Numbered from the stretch's first letter, positions 1 through 8,476 are shown. The stretch is DNA of 64,000 nucleotides from Candidatus Pseudobutyricicoccus lothianensis (GCA_904419295.1 CAJFRA010000004.1:4710-68709); one strand, 5' to 3'. Notes: a model not told the origin generated them from the letters alone. A program made the numbers and translations.

Positions 1-505
1 GACAAGATCTTCCTTGTGGCGTTGCCATCGCACCGATAGAAGCGGGAAACCGTTCCCCAGTGGATGCATATATCCGCGAAGAGTGGGGCGGTCCGCTGCT
101 CGTCACGCGGGGCAATCCATATGATTCCCGGCAGTTGCCTGGGTTTGCCGCTTGGCAGGGCGAACGGCTGGTTGGCGCGGTCCTCTACCGTTTGCATGGT
201 GCAGATTGCGAGGTAGCCGTTTTGTTTTCCCTTTTGGAAAACAAAGGCATTGGCTCCGCTTTGCTCCGGCAGGTCATTGCCCTGGCTGCCAGCCAACCAT
301 GCCAAAGGGTTTGGTTGGTGACCAGCAACGACAACACCCATGCCATCCGCTTTTATCAGAAATTCGGCTTTTCGCTCAAGGCGGTCCACACATCAACAGC
401 TTTGATGAGATCCGCCGGTTGAAGCCCCACTTGCCTGCGCGGGGGATCGACGGTATCCCTTTGGCACACGAGTTTGAATTTGAGTGGAACATAGCCAAAG
501 AGTAA
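1..505 (+). pseudogene. GNAT family N-acetyltransferase, 5' end cut by the window edge, apparently frameshifted near 387..392
   Basis: The frame of ORF 60..422 stays open back to nt 3 and carries the GNAT core (GIGSALLRQV...IRFYQKFGFSL) before stopping at 420..422. The expected C-terminal continuation (INSFDEIRRLKPHLPARGIDGIPLAHEFEFEW) is in the frame of ORF 152..505. The frame switch maps to CACACA at 387..392. Confidence 0.6.
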
Positions 506-510
506 CCGAA

Positions 511-547
511 TCCCCACAGGGCCGATCGGCCCTGTGGGGATTTTTTT
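511..547 (+). terminator. Rho-independent terminator after the GNAT gene
   Basis: TCCCCACAGGGCC-GATC-GGCCCTGTGGGGA perfect hairpin followed by TTTTTTT. Confidence 0.85.
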
Positions 548-584
548 GCCCATGTTGCTGCTATCCTATGTTCTTTTTCAAAAT

Positions 585-626
585 AGCAAAAACACCCTCT
601 TTGCCAACGATACAAAGAGGGCGTTT
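585..626 (-). terminator. Rho-independent terminator for the minus-strand 637..2139 gene
   Basis: On the minus strand, CGCCCTCTTTG-loop-CAAAGAGGGTG stem (one mismatch) followed by TTTTTGCTATTTT. Confidence 0.6.
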
Positions 627-636
627 GAATTTTGCT

Positions 637-2139
637 TCATCCAATGGCGGTGCCTTCCGGCTCATTGGGGTCGAATTGCAGGGCATACTGCAGCGTGACA
701 AAGACGTCATCGAGAGACATTGTGTTTCTCATCCGGTAGTCTACACCGGTCTGGGCCGGGTAACACCATTTTTTCTGGTGAACATAGTTTGCCCAGCTAT
801 CCATCAACCATCCATCCTCGTTTTCCGCCGCTTCGTAGCTCACATAACCCCGGCACTCGGTTCCATCTTGGGGGAAGGAAAAAGCGGCGAACCAATCCGA
901 TCGGGTAGAAGTGCCCATAAACCAGCTTTGGTTCTGATAGGTTATTTGTTGCAGCTGGTAATAAGGCGCTGTATAGACCTGGCCCTCTCTTTCACACAAC
1001 ACCCGGCCAGTCACCGCCCCTTTTTGGCTCCAGCCTTCGTTCAATGGCCACAGCTGCAGCGCATCCGTTCCACGAAAGCCCGGATCCACCGCCCAGCGGA
1101 AGTGATGATAGATGCGCCACCGCTCCCGCGTGCCAGGCAGTTCCACCGCTACACCCGTCATATGCATCTCTTTGACGTCATATTCCGTCGTGGATACGAG
1201 TGCCCCATCTTGGATCGTGGTCACTCGCCGGCCAGGATTGACGGCGATGTCCTCTTCCGTGGTCACTACCCGCAAGGCCCCTTGACATTCTGCCAGATCT
1301 TCTGCCGAAAGATCGTCCAGCACTTCCTGCGGAAAGCCCAGGTCCAGCAGTTGCTGCCGCAATGGCTCCTGCTGCGCCTGTTCTGCCTCTTGCCGCAGGC
1401 TCCAATCCATAGGGTATTGGCAGGAAAAGACGCATCCTACCACTATGCTGGCGCACAAGGCCACTGCCAGCGCGAGAGCCAGGACCCCGTTGGAAAGCCG
1501 CACCGGCGCGGCTTTGATCAGATACCCTGCTTCATCCAAGGCGGAAGACAGCCGGTACAAACTGCGGATCAAGAAGAAGTATGCGCATAACAGCAGCAGG
1601 GGCAGCAGCCATCCGGCATATTGCACCAAAGCCAGCACGCACACCACGCCATACCACACCAACAACGCTACGATACTGCCGCAATAGGCAGGCAGCCCCG
1701 CCTTTTTCCGCACACCGCTCAACCCCAAGCCCAGGCAGCCGATCTGCGCAAGCATGACCGCCGTGGAAAGCAGCAGCGCACCCGGCGAGGCCAACAATTC
1801 CGTCAGGCGTTGCCCCCTAATGGAGCTGAGCGCCAGCAGATCGATATAGATGTAGGCAGTCCGCATCAAAGTGAGCAGCCAAAAAACGCGAAAGCCGATG
1901 TTTTCCCGGCGCAAGGTGCGGGCGCCCAACCAAAGCAGCACGGAACCGACAGCAGGCAGCAGATAGGGGAGCCAGGAAAATTGGAACGTAATTGTGCCGA
2001 GGATCAATCCGGCCAAAATTTGGCGCATTGCCCGCCGCCAGGGCGTGGTGCCCTTTACCACATCTTCCGGCGGCAGCAGGGCAGAAAGATCTTGTTGCAG
2101 CTGTTCTTCCTCGCAATTTTCCCACCGTTGCTCATCCAT
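637..2139 (-). CDS. Multi-pass membrane protein with a large C-terminal extracytoplasmic domain; putative anti-sigma partner of the upstream ECF sigma factor
   Basis: 500-aa ORF. Its start overlaps the sigma gene stop by 8 nt (2132..2139). The N-terminal half has several hydrophobic segments, and I do not recognise the C-terminal roughly 260 aa. The anti-sigma role is inferred from position only. Confidence 0.55.
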   Translation of the reverse strand: MDEQRWENCEEEQLQQDLSALLPPEDVVKGTTPWRRAMRQILAGLILGTITFQFSWLPYLLPAVGSVLLWLGARTLRRENIGFRVFWLLTLMRTAYIYIDLLALSSIRGQRLTELLASPGALLLSTAVMLAQIGCLGLGLSGVRKKAGLPAYCGSIVALLVWYGVVCVLALVQYAGWLLPLLLLCAYFFLIRSLYRLSSALDEAGYLIKAAPVRLSNGVLALALAVALCASIVVGCVFSCQYPMDWSLRQEAEQAQQEPLRQQLLDLGFPQEVLDDLSAEDLAECQGALRVVTTEEDIAVNPGRRVTTIQDGALVSTTEYDVKEMHMTGVAVELPGTRERWRIYHHFRWAVDPGFRGTDALQLWPLNEGWSQKGAVTGRVLCEREGQVYTAPYYQLQQITYQNQSWFMGTSTRSDWFAAFSFPQDGTECRGYVSYEAAENEDGWLMDSWANYVHQKKWCYPAQTGVDYRMRNTMSLDDVFVTLQYALQFDPNEPEGTAIG

Positions 2140-2683
2140 CGTCTTCCCCTCCCAACTTTTTCCGCAGCCGTTTTTTCACCCGATAAAGCCGCCCTTCCAC
2201 CGCCCGCTCAGTCAACCCCAGTTCCGAAGCGATTTGAGCGGTTGGCTGCATATAATAATATTTGCGGTAAAATAAATTCCGCTCCCCAGGCGTCAGTCCA
2301 TCCAGAGCCCGCCGCAACCGTTCCGCCCGTTCACGGCGGAGCAGCGCTTCTTCGGGCCCTTCCTCTGTGGAGGGCAAATCCTGGGGCAGTTCTTCCACGC
2401 TTGCCATCCCTCCCTTGCCCCTCAGCCGGTTGAGGGCTGTATTGCGTGCCAATGCAGAAAGCCAGCCGGTCCAGCTGCCTCGCCCAGGGTCATAGGAATG
2501 GACCTTCTGCCACACAAGCAGCATGACATCCGATAAACATTCTTCTCGTTCCTGCCCGTCGGGCAGGATGGGGTAGATGACATAGCGCAGCAGTGGGCCA
2601 TAGTGCCGCACGAGACCATCCATACCCAACGGGTCTTGCCGGCGCAGCAACGCGATCAATTCCTCTTCCTGCCTTTTCATCAC
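2132..2683 (-). CDS. RNA polymerase sigma-70 family (ECF-type) sigma factor
   Basis: 183 aa. Region 2-like segment LLVWQKVHSYDPGRGSWTGWLSALARNTALNRLR, and region 4 HTH LTPGERNLFYRKYYYMQPTAQIASELGLTERAVEGRLYRVKKRL. Confidence 0.85.
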   Translation of the reverse strand: MMKRQEEELIALLRRQDPLGMDGLVRHYGPLLRYVIYPILPDGQEREECLSDVMLLVWQKVHSYDPGRGSWTGWLSALARNTALNRLRGKGGMASVEELPQDLPSTEEGPEEALLRRERAERLRRALDGLTPGERNLFYRKYYYMQPTAQIASELGLTERAVEGRLYRVKKRLRKKLGGEDDG

Positions 2684-2837
2684 CTCTCAACCCACCTTCG
2701 CTCTTTCTGCTTTCTATTTTATACTACACGATCTTTCGAGAAAACCCATGACATGCCACAAATTTTTACAATAAATCCTTGTGCCGTGCCAAGCAGATAG
2801 AACATGGTAAATTTTGAGTTCCCGCCGACCAAATCTC

Positions 2838-2866
2838 TTTACATCCGCCAAAATTGGCGGTATGAT
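2838..2866 (+). promoter_or_regulatory. Sigma-A-type promoter candidate for the pentapeptide-repeat gene
   Basis: TTTACA (2838..2843), a 17-nt spacer, then TATGAT (2861..2866). The spacer contains the small palindrome CCGCCA-AAAT-TGGCGG. Confidence 0.5.
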
Positions 2867-2952
2867 AAATTTTATTCAAAGTCATGTGAGCGGGCAGGCC
2901 GTCCTGTGGGGGGATCTCTGCCGGTGCGCGATTGTATGGGAGAGTGATAGGT

Positions 2953-3555
2953 ATGTTTGAACGCAGATCTTATGATGGACACGATTTTTCTGGTGCAGTA
3001 GGTGCCGAAGGGCAGTATGAAGGCCTGGAGTTCCACGATTGCCAATTGGAAGGGGCCAACTTCACCGAAGCGGTTTTCCGCAACTGCAGTTTTGAAAAAT
3101 GTCGTTTTTCCGGAGCCAAGTTCAATGGGGCTCAGTTCATCCACTGCGCCATCGTCAACTGCACCTTCCAATATGCCAGCTTGTTTGGCGCATCCTTTGA
3201 AGAATGTAAAATGACAGGCACTGTGTTTGTCGGTTCTGATGCTTCAGCCCTGACGATCCGCGGAGGCGACTGGTCTTATACGGATCTGCGGGAAATGGAT
3301 TTTTACAAAATGGATCTGGAGGGCATCAACTTCCGGGGAGCGGATTTCAACCGGGCCAAACTGGAAAAATGCCGCATCAAAAATTGCAACCTAGAAGGGG
3401 CTGTCATCAGCGGAGCCAGCTTCCGCGATTCTGATTTAAGGGACAGCAACATTGCCGCCACCGATATCTTAGGGGCCGATTTCCGTGGCGCCCGCATCGA
3501 TGTGGAACAAGCCATCGACATGGCCCAGGCCTTGGGAGCCCGTTTCGAGCCATAG
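2953..3555 (+). CDS. Pentapeptide-repeat protein (Qnr/MfpA-like length and architecture)
   Basis: Continuous A(D/N)LXX-type repeats (GANFTEAVFRNCSFEKCRFSGAKFNGAQF...). Start moved to ATG 2953 because GGGAGAG lies 8 nt upstream; the track start is 2932. Confidence 0.85.
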   Translation: MFERRSYDGHDFSGAVGAEGQYEGLEFHDCQLEGANFTEAVFRNCSFEKCRFSGAKFNGAQFIHCAIVNCTFQYASLFGASFEECKMTGTVFVGSDASALTIRGGDWSYTDLREMDFYKMDLEGINFRGADFNRAKLEKCRIKNCNLEGAVISGASFRDSDLRDSNIAATDILGADFRGARIDVEQAIDMAQALGARFEP

Positions 3556-3593
3556 GGGAGGGGAGTGCCATACAACAAGAGATCCTGCTATTT

Positions 3594-3830
3594 TTGCTGC
3601 CCAACTGCCCGTATTGCAAACAGGCGCTCCGGTGGCAGCAAGAGCTGCAACAACAATATCCGGAGCTGGCCAAGCTGACGATCCGCAATGTAGACGAGGC
3701 GGCAGAACCTGTTTTTGCCGGCGGCTATGGCTACTATTTTGTGCCATGTTATTTTGTTGGCGGCGTCAAAATGCACGAAGGGGCGGCCACCAAAGAAAAA
3801 ATTGAGGCAGTGCTGCGATCCGCCTTGTAG
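3594..3830 (+). CDS. Thioredoxin/glutaredoxin-fold small protein (CPYC motif)
   Basis: PNCPYCKQA active-site motif and about 80 aa in length. TTG 3594 has no SD. The frame is open upstream and would encode a beta-1-like EILLFLL, so the start is uncertain. Confidence 0.7.
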   Translation: MLPNCPYCKQALRWQQELQQQYPELAKLTIRNVDEAAEPVFAGGYGYYFVPCYFVGGVKMHEGAATKEKIEAVLRSAL

Positions 3831-3843
3831 AAGCGGTGTGGAA

Positions 3844-3868
3844 GGCGGGGCCGACGCCCCGCTTTTTC
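3844..3868 (+). terminator. Rho-independent terminator
   Basis: GCGGGGC-CGAC-GCCCCGC hairpin followed by TTTTT. Confidence 0.7.
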
Positions 3869-3992
3869 CTTGCCCAGTGCCGCTAAAAAAGAGGGCAAGC
3901 CTGTGGCGCATTTTCTTGAAAAACCATGGAGCAGATGATATAATAGCCAGGTTATTTGGGTCAAGCGAAGTAAAAATTTGGGGGTATGAACG

Positions 3993-5477
3993 ATGTTTAA
4001 AAAGGGTTTTGACAATGACATGTATCTGAAAATGCAGTCGGAACACATCCTGGAACGCATCGGCCAGTTTGGCGGCAAGCTCTATCTGGAATTTGGCGGC
4101 AAACTCTTCGACGATTACCATGCGTCCCGTGTGCTGCCCGGTTTTGAGCCAGACAGCAAAGTGCGTATGCTGCAGACCATGGCCGATAAAGCGGAGATCG
4201 TTGTGGTCATCGGTGCGGAAGACATTGAAAAAAATAAAGTGCGGGGCGACTTGGGCATCACTTACGATGCCGATGTGCTGCGCCTGATCGACGCCTTCCG
4301 TTCCATCAATCTATATGTAGGCAGCGTGGTCATCACCCGCTATGCCGGCCAAGCGGCTGCCGACCAATTCAAGACAAAGCTAGAGCATCTGGGGCTGCCG
4401 GTCTATCTTCATTACCCCATTCCAGGTTATCCCGCCAATGTCCCTCTGATCGTCAGCGACGAAGGCTATGGGAAAAATCAATATGTGGAGACAAGCCGCC
4501 CCTTGGTGGTGGTCACCGCCCCTGGGCCGGGCAGCGGCAAAATGGCCGTATGCCTTTCGCAGCTGTACCATGAGCACAAACGGGGCATTACAGCAGGCTA
4601 TGCAAAGTTTGAGACTTTCCCCATTTGGAACCTGATGCTCAAGCACCCGGTGAACCTGGCTTATGAAGCTGCCACTGCCGATTTAAATGACGTGAACATG
4701 ATCGACCCCTATCATTTGGAAGCCTATGGGGATACCGCGGTCAACTACAACCGGGATATTGAGGTATTTCCCGTGCTCAATGCCATTTTCGAAACCATAT
4801 CCGGCAAAAGTCCATACCGGTCCCCCACCGATATGGGCGTCAACATGGCGGGCTTTTGTATTGTAGACGATGACGTAGTGCGCCAGGCGGCCAAAGACGA
4901 AATCATCCGCCGGTATTACAAAGTGATGTGCGACTATCGCATCGGCCGAGTGGATGAAAACGCGGTGCGCAAAGTGGAAAGTGTGATGACCCAGGCTGGG
5001 GTGGATGTTTCAATGCGCAGTGTTGCCCAGCCTGCCATCGACAAAGCCGAAGAGACGGGCGAACCCGCCGCCGCTCTGGAGCTGCCGGACGGCCATATCG
5101 TCACCGGCAAAACATCCCCGCTGTTGGGCGCCTCCTGTGCCATGCTCATCAATGCCCTCAAAGCGCTGGGTGGCATCAACGATGACATCCATCTGCTCTC
5201 CCGCAACATCATCGAGCCCATTCAGCGGCTGAAGACCGGATATTTGGGCAACAAAAACCCCCGTTTGCACACCGACGAAGTGTTGATCGCCCTCACCATC
5301 AGCGCCACCACCAACCCGGCAGCCGAATTGGCCATCAAGCAGCTGGGGAAGCTGCGGGGATGCGAAGCCCATTCCACCGTCATACTTTCTCAGGTAGACG
5401 ATAATGTCTTCCGGAATTTGGGCGTCAATTTGACGTGTGAACCCAACTATCAAACCAAAAAGTTGTTTCACAAGTAG
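3993..5477 (+). CDS. DUF1846 / UPF0371 family protein
   Basis: 494 aa. The N-terminus MFKKGFDNDMYLKMQSEHILERI...FGGKLFDDYHASRVLPGFEPDSK is typical of the UPF0371 family. Confidence 0.85.
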   Translation: MFKKGFDNDMYLKMQSEHILERIGQFGGKLYLEFGGKLFDDYHASRVLPGFEPDSKVRMLQTMADKAEIVVVIGAEDIEKNKVRGDLGITYDADVLRLIDAFRSINLYVGSVVITRYAGQAAADQFKTKLEHLGLPVYLHYPIPGYPANVPLIVSDEGYGKNQYVETSRPLVVVTAPGPGSGKMAVCLSQLYHEHKRGITAGYAKFETFPIWNLMLKHPVNLAYEAATADLNDVNMIDPYHLEAYGDTAVNYNRDIEVFPVLNAIFETISGKSPYRSPTDMGVNMAGFCIVDDDVVRQAAKDEIIRRYYKVMCDYRIGRVDENAVRKVESVMTQAGVDVSMRSVAQPAIDKAEETGEPAAALELPDGHIVTGKTSPLLGASCAMLINALKALGGINDDIHLLSRNIIEPIQRLKTGYLGNKNPRLHTDEVLIALTISATTNPAAELAIKQLGKLRGCEAHSTVILSQVDDNVFRNLGVNLTCEPNYQTKKLFHK

Positions 5478-5584
5478 AAGCTGCCTTGCCGCGTTGTTCT
5501 GGAACAGTAGCGCCAGCTGCTTCCCCGTCTTTTGCATAATCTGCCCGCTTTCTGTCACACTAATGGCATATTGGGGGATGAGAT

Positions 5585-6019
5585 ATGACCATTGCGATCC
5601 TTGGGGATGCCGGCGGTCAGCTGGCCTACTATTTGGCACAATGCGCAGGCTCGGCGGAGTACGTTCTGCTGATGCCGCAAGAAGGGCAGTGTTATGATGT
5701 ACTTTTGGCCGCGCCCGGCGTGCGGCAAGCACCTCGTTGTGCCACACAGGCCCTTGTAGCACATGATCTGGATGCCGCAGCTCTGGCAGGCCAGGTGCAG
5801 GCAGGCACAGTGATCACCTATGGCACGGAAAAAAGTACGTTATGTTTGTCATCCGCCGCCGACTCCTGCCTGGTGGCCCTGCAGCGCGAAGTGGTGACCT
5901 GCCAAGGTCAGACCATGGGCATCGGCGAACTGCGCTTGCCTGGCACCGGGCTATCCGGCGAACAAGTGTGCGGCGTAGCCGGCGCTTTGGCGGCATGTGG
6001 CTGGCCGGGCCTTCCATGA
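5585..6019 (+). CDS. Hypothetical protein
   Basis: 144-aa ORF with a GGGGGATGAG SD-like run upstream and a terminator downstream. I recognise no family. Confidence 0.4.
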   Translation: MTIAILGDAGGQLAYYLAQCAGSAEYVLLMPQEGQCYDVLLAAPGVRQAPRCATQALVAHDLDAAALAGQVQAGTVITYGTEKSTLCLSSAADSCLVALQREVVTCQGQTMGIGELRLPGTGLSGEQVCGVAGALAACGWPGLP

Positions 6020-6037
6020 CTTTTTTTATGATGCAAA

Positions 6038-6070
6038 GCGGCAGAGGGTGTTCCCTCTGCCGCTTTTTGT
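6038..6070. terminator. Hairpin terminator between convergent genes, probably bidirectional
   Basis: GCGGCAGAGGG-TGTT-CCCTCTGCCGC followed by TTTTTGT on the plus strand, with a T-rich tract on the minus side. Confidence 0.6.
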
Positions 6071-6086
6071 CGCAGACAGTACAATA

Positions 6087-6983
6087 TCAGCTTTCAATAA
6101 TGCCTGCTGTGCGAAGTGAATCCAACAGCTCATTTAGCTTATTTGCCACATCTTCTGCAGAAGCAGATGCTGGGGTGGCAATATTTTCAACTGCCGTGCC
6201 CGGTGTCACAGGACCAGTCGGGCCAGTGGGACCGGTGGCACCTGTTGCGCCAGCGGGGCCAACATCACCTTGCGGTCCTGTGGGACCCGTAGGGCCAGTG
6301 GCTCCCGTCGCACCGGCTGTGCCGGCGTCACCCTGCGGCCCTGTAGGACCGGTGGGACCAGTAGGACCCGTGGGCCCGGTAGGGCCAGCATCACCTTGCG
6401 GCCCTGTGGGACCGGTAGGGCCAGTGGGGCCAGTAGGACCGGTGGCACCCGTCGCGCCTGTCGCACCGGTAAGGCCCTGTGGGCCGGTGGGACCTGTGGG
6501 GCCCACTACCGACAACAAGGTAAACTGGGGCGACGTGCTGGGATCGCCCGAAGCACCATTGACATTGGCACGATATAGGCTGCCATTAAAGTAGACTAGA
6601 TCGCCTGCCTGGTAAAAGGCCGCCGGATCAAATGCCGTGGCATCGCTCACGCCGGGGCCGGCAGGGCCCGTCGGGCCAGTAGGGCCGGTAGGACCAGTCG
6701 CACCGGTAGCTCCAGGGAGACCTTGCGGGCCGGCAGGGCCGGTGGCGCCTGTCGGACCAATTGGGCCTACAGGCCCTTGGAACCCTTGCGGTCCCTGCGG
6801 GCCAGTGGGGCCGGTCGCCCCGGTGGCTCCGGTGGCACCTGTCGCACCGATCGGGCCTTGCGGGCCCATGGGGCCCGCAGGTCCCATAGGGCCGGTGGGG
6901 CCGGTAGGACCTGTAAAACAGCATGCAGGGGTACAGCAGGACCAGCGGTTCCCCCAGCTGTTGTTGTTCGAATAGCAACTCAT
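6087..6983 (-). CDS. Collagen-like triple-helix repeat protein (BclA-style spore-surface candidate) with a Cys-rich N-terminus and a central CBM5/12-like segment
   Basis: Two G-X-Y blocks (29 and 33 triplets, mostly GPT/GAT/GPQ) flank [32 protein letters not shown]. The N-terminus is [23 protein letters not shown]. Start moved to ATG 6983, which is 6 nt after GGAGGG; ATG 6989 abuts the SD. Confidence 0.9.
   Translation of the reverse strand: MSCYSNNNSWGNRWSCCTPACCFTGPTGPTGPMGPAGPMGPQGPIGATGATGATGATGPTGPQGPQGFQGPVGPIGPTGATGPAGPQGLPGATGATGPTGPTGPTGPAGPGVSDATAFDPAAFYQAGDLVYFNGSLYRANVNGASGDPSTSPQFTLLSVVGPTGPTGPQGLTGATGATGATGPTGPTGPTGPTGPQGDAGPTGPTGPTGPTGPTGPQGDAGTAGATGATGPTGPTGPQGDVGPAGATGATGPTGPTGPVTPGTAVENIATPASASAEDVANKLNELLDSLRTAGIIES
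6207..6503 (-). repeat. Collagen G-X-Y coding repeat block 2 (33 triplets)
   Basis: 9-nt periodic GGN-CCN-ACN style repeats. These generate long spurious ORFs in other frames and on the other strand. Confidence 0.9.
6651..6911 (-). repeat. Collagen G-X-Y coding repeat block 1 (29 triplets)
   Basis: Same repeat type as block 2. Confidence 0.9.
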
Positions 6984-7000
6984 GAACATCCCTCCGAGAG

Positions 7001-7028
7001 TATTTTATGTACTGGCCGGCCCGGTGGT
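7001..7028 (-). promoter_or_regulatory. Sigma-K-type promoter match upstream of the collagen-like gene
   Basis: The minus strand reads AC, 17 nt, then CATAAAATA, an exact fit to the B. subtilis sigma-K consensus AC-N16/17-CATAnnnTA. The implied leader is very short. Confidence 0.4.
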
Positions 7029-7228
7029 TCGTATAAGGAAATACACGGCAGGGAGAGAGCAGTGGGAAAATTCACCCAAAGGGCAAAAAAAATCGTGAAA
7101 CCATCTGCCGCCTGTGAACAAACTATGGTATAATATTTTTGATCTGCCCGAGCCGGCCCAATATGGCCTTCTCGCTTGGGCAAGATAGGGCCTTGGCTCC
7201 GGCCAGGCAAAGGAAAGGATGAAAGCAA

Positions 7229-8476
7229 GTGAATACTAAGCAAATCTGGGATATTATCGACCAGCAGCAGGAGGATCTGATCCGTTTTTGCTGCGATATG
7301 ATCAAAATTCCTTCGGAAAACCCTCCCGGCGATGTGGAGGCGGTGACCAAATTCATCTGTGATTTTCTCGATTCCTATCACATCCCCTATGAGATCGTGC
7401 GCCCAGTTCCTGATCGGCCCAACATTCTGGCCACCTTTGGCAAAAAAGGCGGGAAGCGCGTAGTCTTCAACGGCCACTGCGATGTGGTGCCAGCCGGCGA
7501 CCCCGCCAAATGGGATTTTCCGCCTTACAGCGGTGAGATCCGTGACGGCCGCATCCTGGGTCGCGGTACATCGGATATGAAGTGTGGCCTGGCTTCTTCG
7601 CTATATGCCATTGCCATGTTGGCCAAACACAACGCCGAACTGCAAGGGGAGATCCTTTATACCATTGTACCCGATGAAGAGACCGGTGGATACTATGGGA
7701 CCCAGTGGCTCTTTGAACACGGCTATATTCAAGGGGATTGGGGCATCGTCCCTGAGCCTACCGGCTATGACAACATCGAAGTGGGGCAAAAGGGCAACTT
7801 GGGCATCCATATCACTATGTCAGGCCGCAGCGCCCATGGCAGCCTTGCGCCCTATGTAGGCCAAAGTGCAGTGGAACGCATGATGGAACTGCTGCAAGAG
7901 CTGAAAGTGCTGCGGGAGATCAAAGGGGAGTACCAGGGCGAGATCGCTCAGGTGATGGAAGTGTCCAAAAAGGCCATTCAAGACATTCAAAAAGTGCCTG
8001 GAGTAGAGAACTGTTTGGACCATGTCACCGTGAACTTCGGTGTGATCCAGGGCGGTACCAAATACAACATGGTCGCCGATTCTTGCGAAGCGGACATCGA
8101 CTGCCGTGTTCCCATTGGCGTGCCCGGCGAAAAAGTGCAGCAAAAAGTGGCGGAGATCATCGAGAAATTGGGGCTGCAGGATTGCTGCAAAGTGGAATAC
8201 CGGGGCGGCCGCACAGGCAATTACTGCTCCATCCAGGATCCCCTCGTGGTCTCGGCCAAGCGGTGTGCCAAAGAGCTGATGGACGTAGATCTGATCTGCG
8301 CTTACCAATGGGCCAGCAGCGACACCCGTTATTTCCGCGAAGCGGGCATCTCCACCATTCAATACGGTCCCTCCAATGCGGAGGGTATCCACACCTACAA
8401 TGAAACTGTGGATGTGAAAGATGTGGTCAACGCCTGCAAAATGTATGCGGGCATGATTCTAGATCTGATCGGCTGA
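7229..8476 (+). CDS. M20 family metallohydrolase (ArgE/DapE-type deacylase or peptidase)
   Basis: 415 aa with NGHCDVVPAGDPAKWDFPPYSGEIRDGRILGRGTSDMKCGLAS, characteristic of the ArgE/DapE/M20 family. Confidence 0.85.
   Translation: MNTKQIWDIIDQQQEDLIRFCCDMIKIPSENPPGDVEAVTKFICDFLDSYHIPYEIVRPVPDRPNILATFGKKGGKRVVFNGHCDVVPAGDPAKWDFPPYSGEIRDGRILGRGTSDMKCGLASSLYAIAMLAKHNAELQGEILYTIVPDEETGGYYGTQWLFEHGYIQGDWGIVPEPTGYDNIEVGQKGNLGIHITMSGRSAHGSLAPYVGQSAVERMMELLQELKVLREIKGEYQGEIAQVMEVSKKAIQDIQKVPGVENCLDHVTVNFGVIQGGTKYNMVADSCEADIDCRVPIGVPGEKVQQKVAEIIEKLGLQDCCKVEYRGGRTGNYCSIQDPLVVSAKRCAKELMDVDLICAYQWASSDTRYFREAGISTIQYGPSNAEGIHTYNETVDVKDVVNACKMYAGMILDLIG

Noticed and set aside
484-1590. 368-aa plus-strand ORF.
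   Set aside because: It is antisense to the 637..2139 membrane-protein gene, which is translationally coupled to the ECF sigma gene. It also starts inside the GNAT terminator region.
5010-5762. 250-aa minus-strand ORF.
   Set aside because: Most of it is antisense to the confidently identified DUF1846 gene, and it overlaps the start of the 5585 ORF. It has no SD.
6180-6920. Periodic short repeats checked as a possible CRISPR array or other non-coding tandem repeat.
   Set aside because: The periodicity is 9 nt (three codons) within a continuous ORF, with no spacer-repeat structure. It is coding collagen-type repetition.
5842-6975. Long plus-strand ORFs (5842..6594, 6270..6578, 6637..6975, 6723..7133) and extra minus-frame ORFs (6206..6466, 6628..6978) rich in Pro/Gly/Arg.
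   Set aside because: They are frame and strand shadows of the GC-rich G-X-Y collagen repeats. Only the 6087..6983 minus frame gives regular Gly-X-Y periodicity, an SD and a promoter match.
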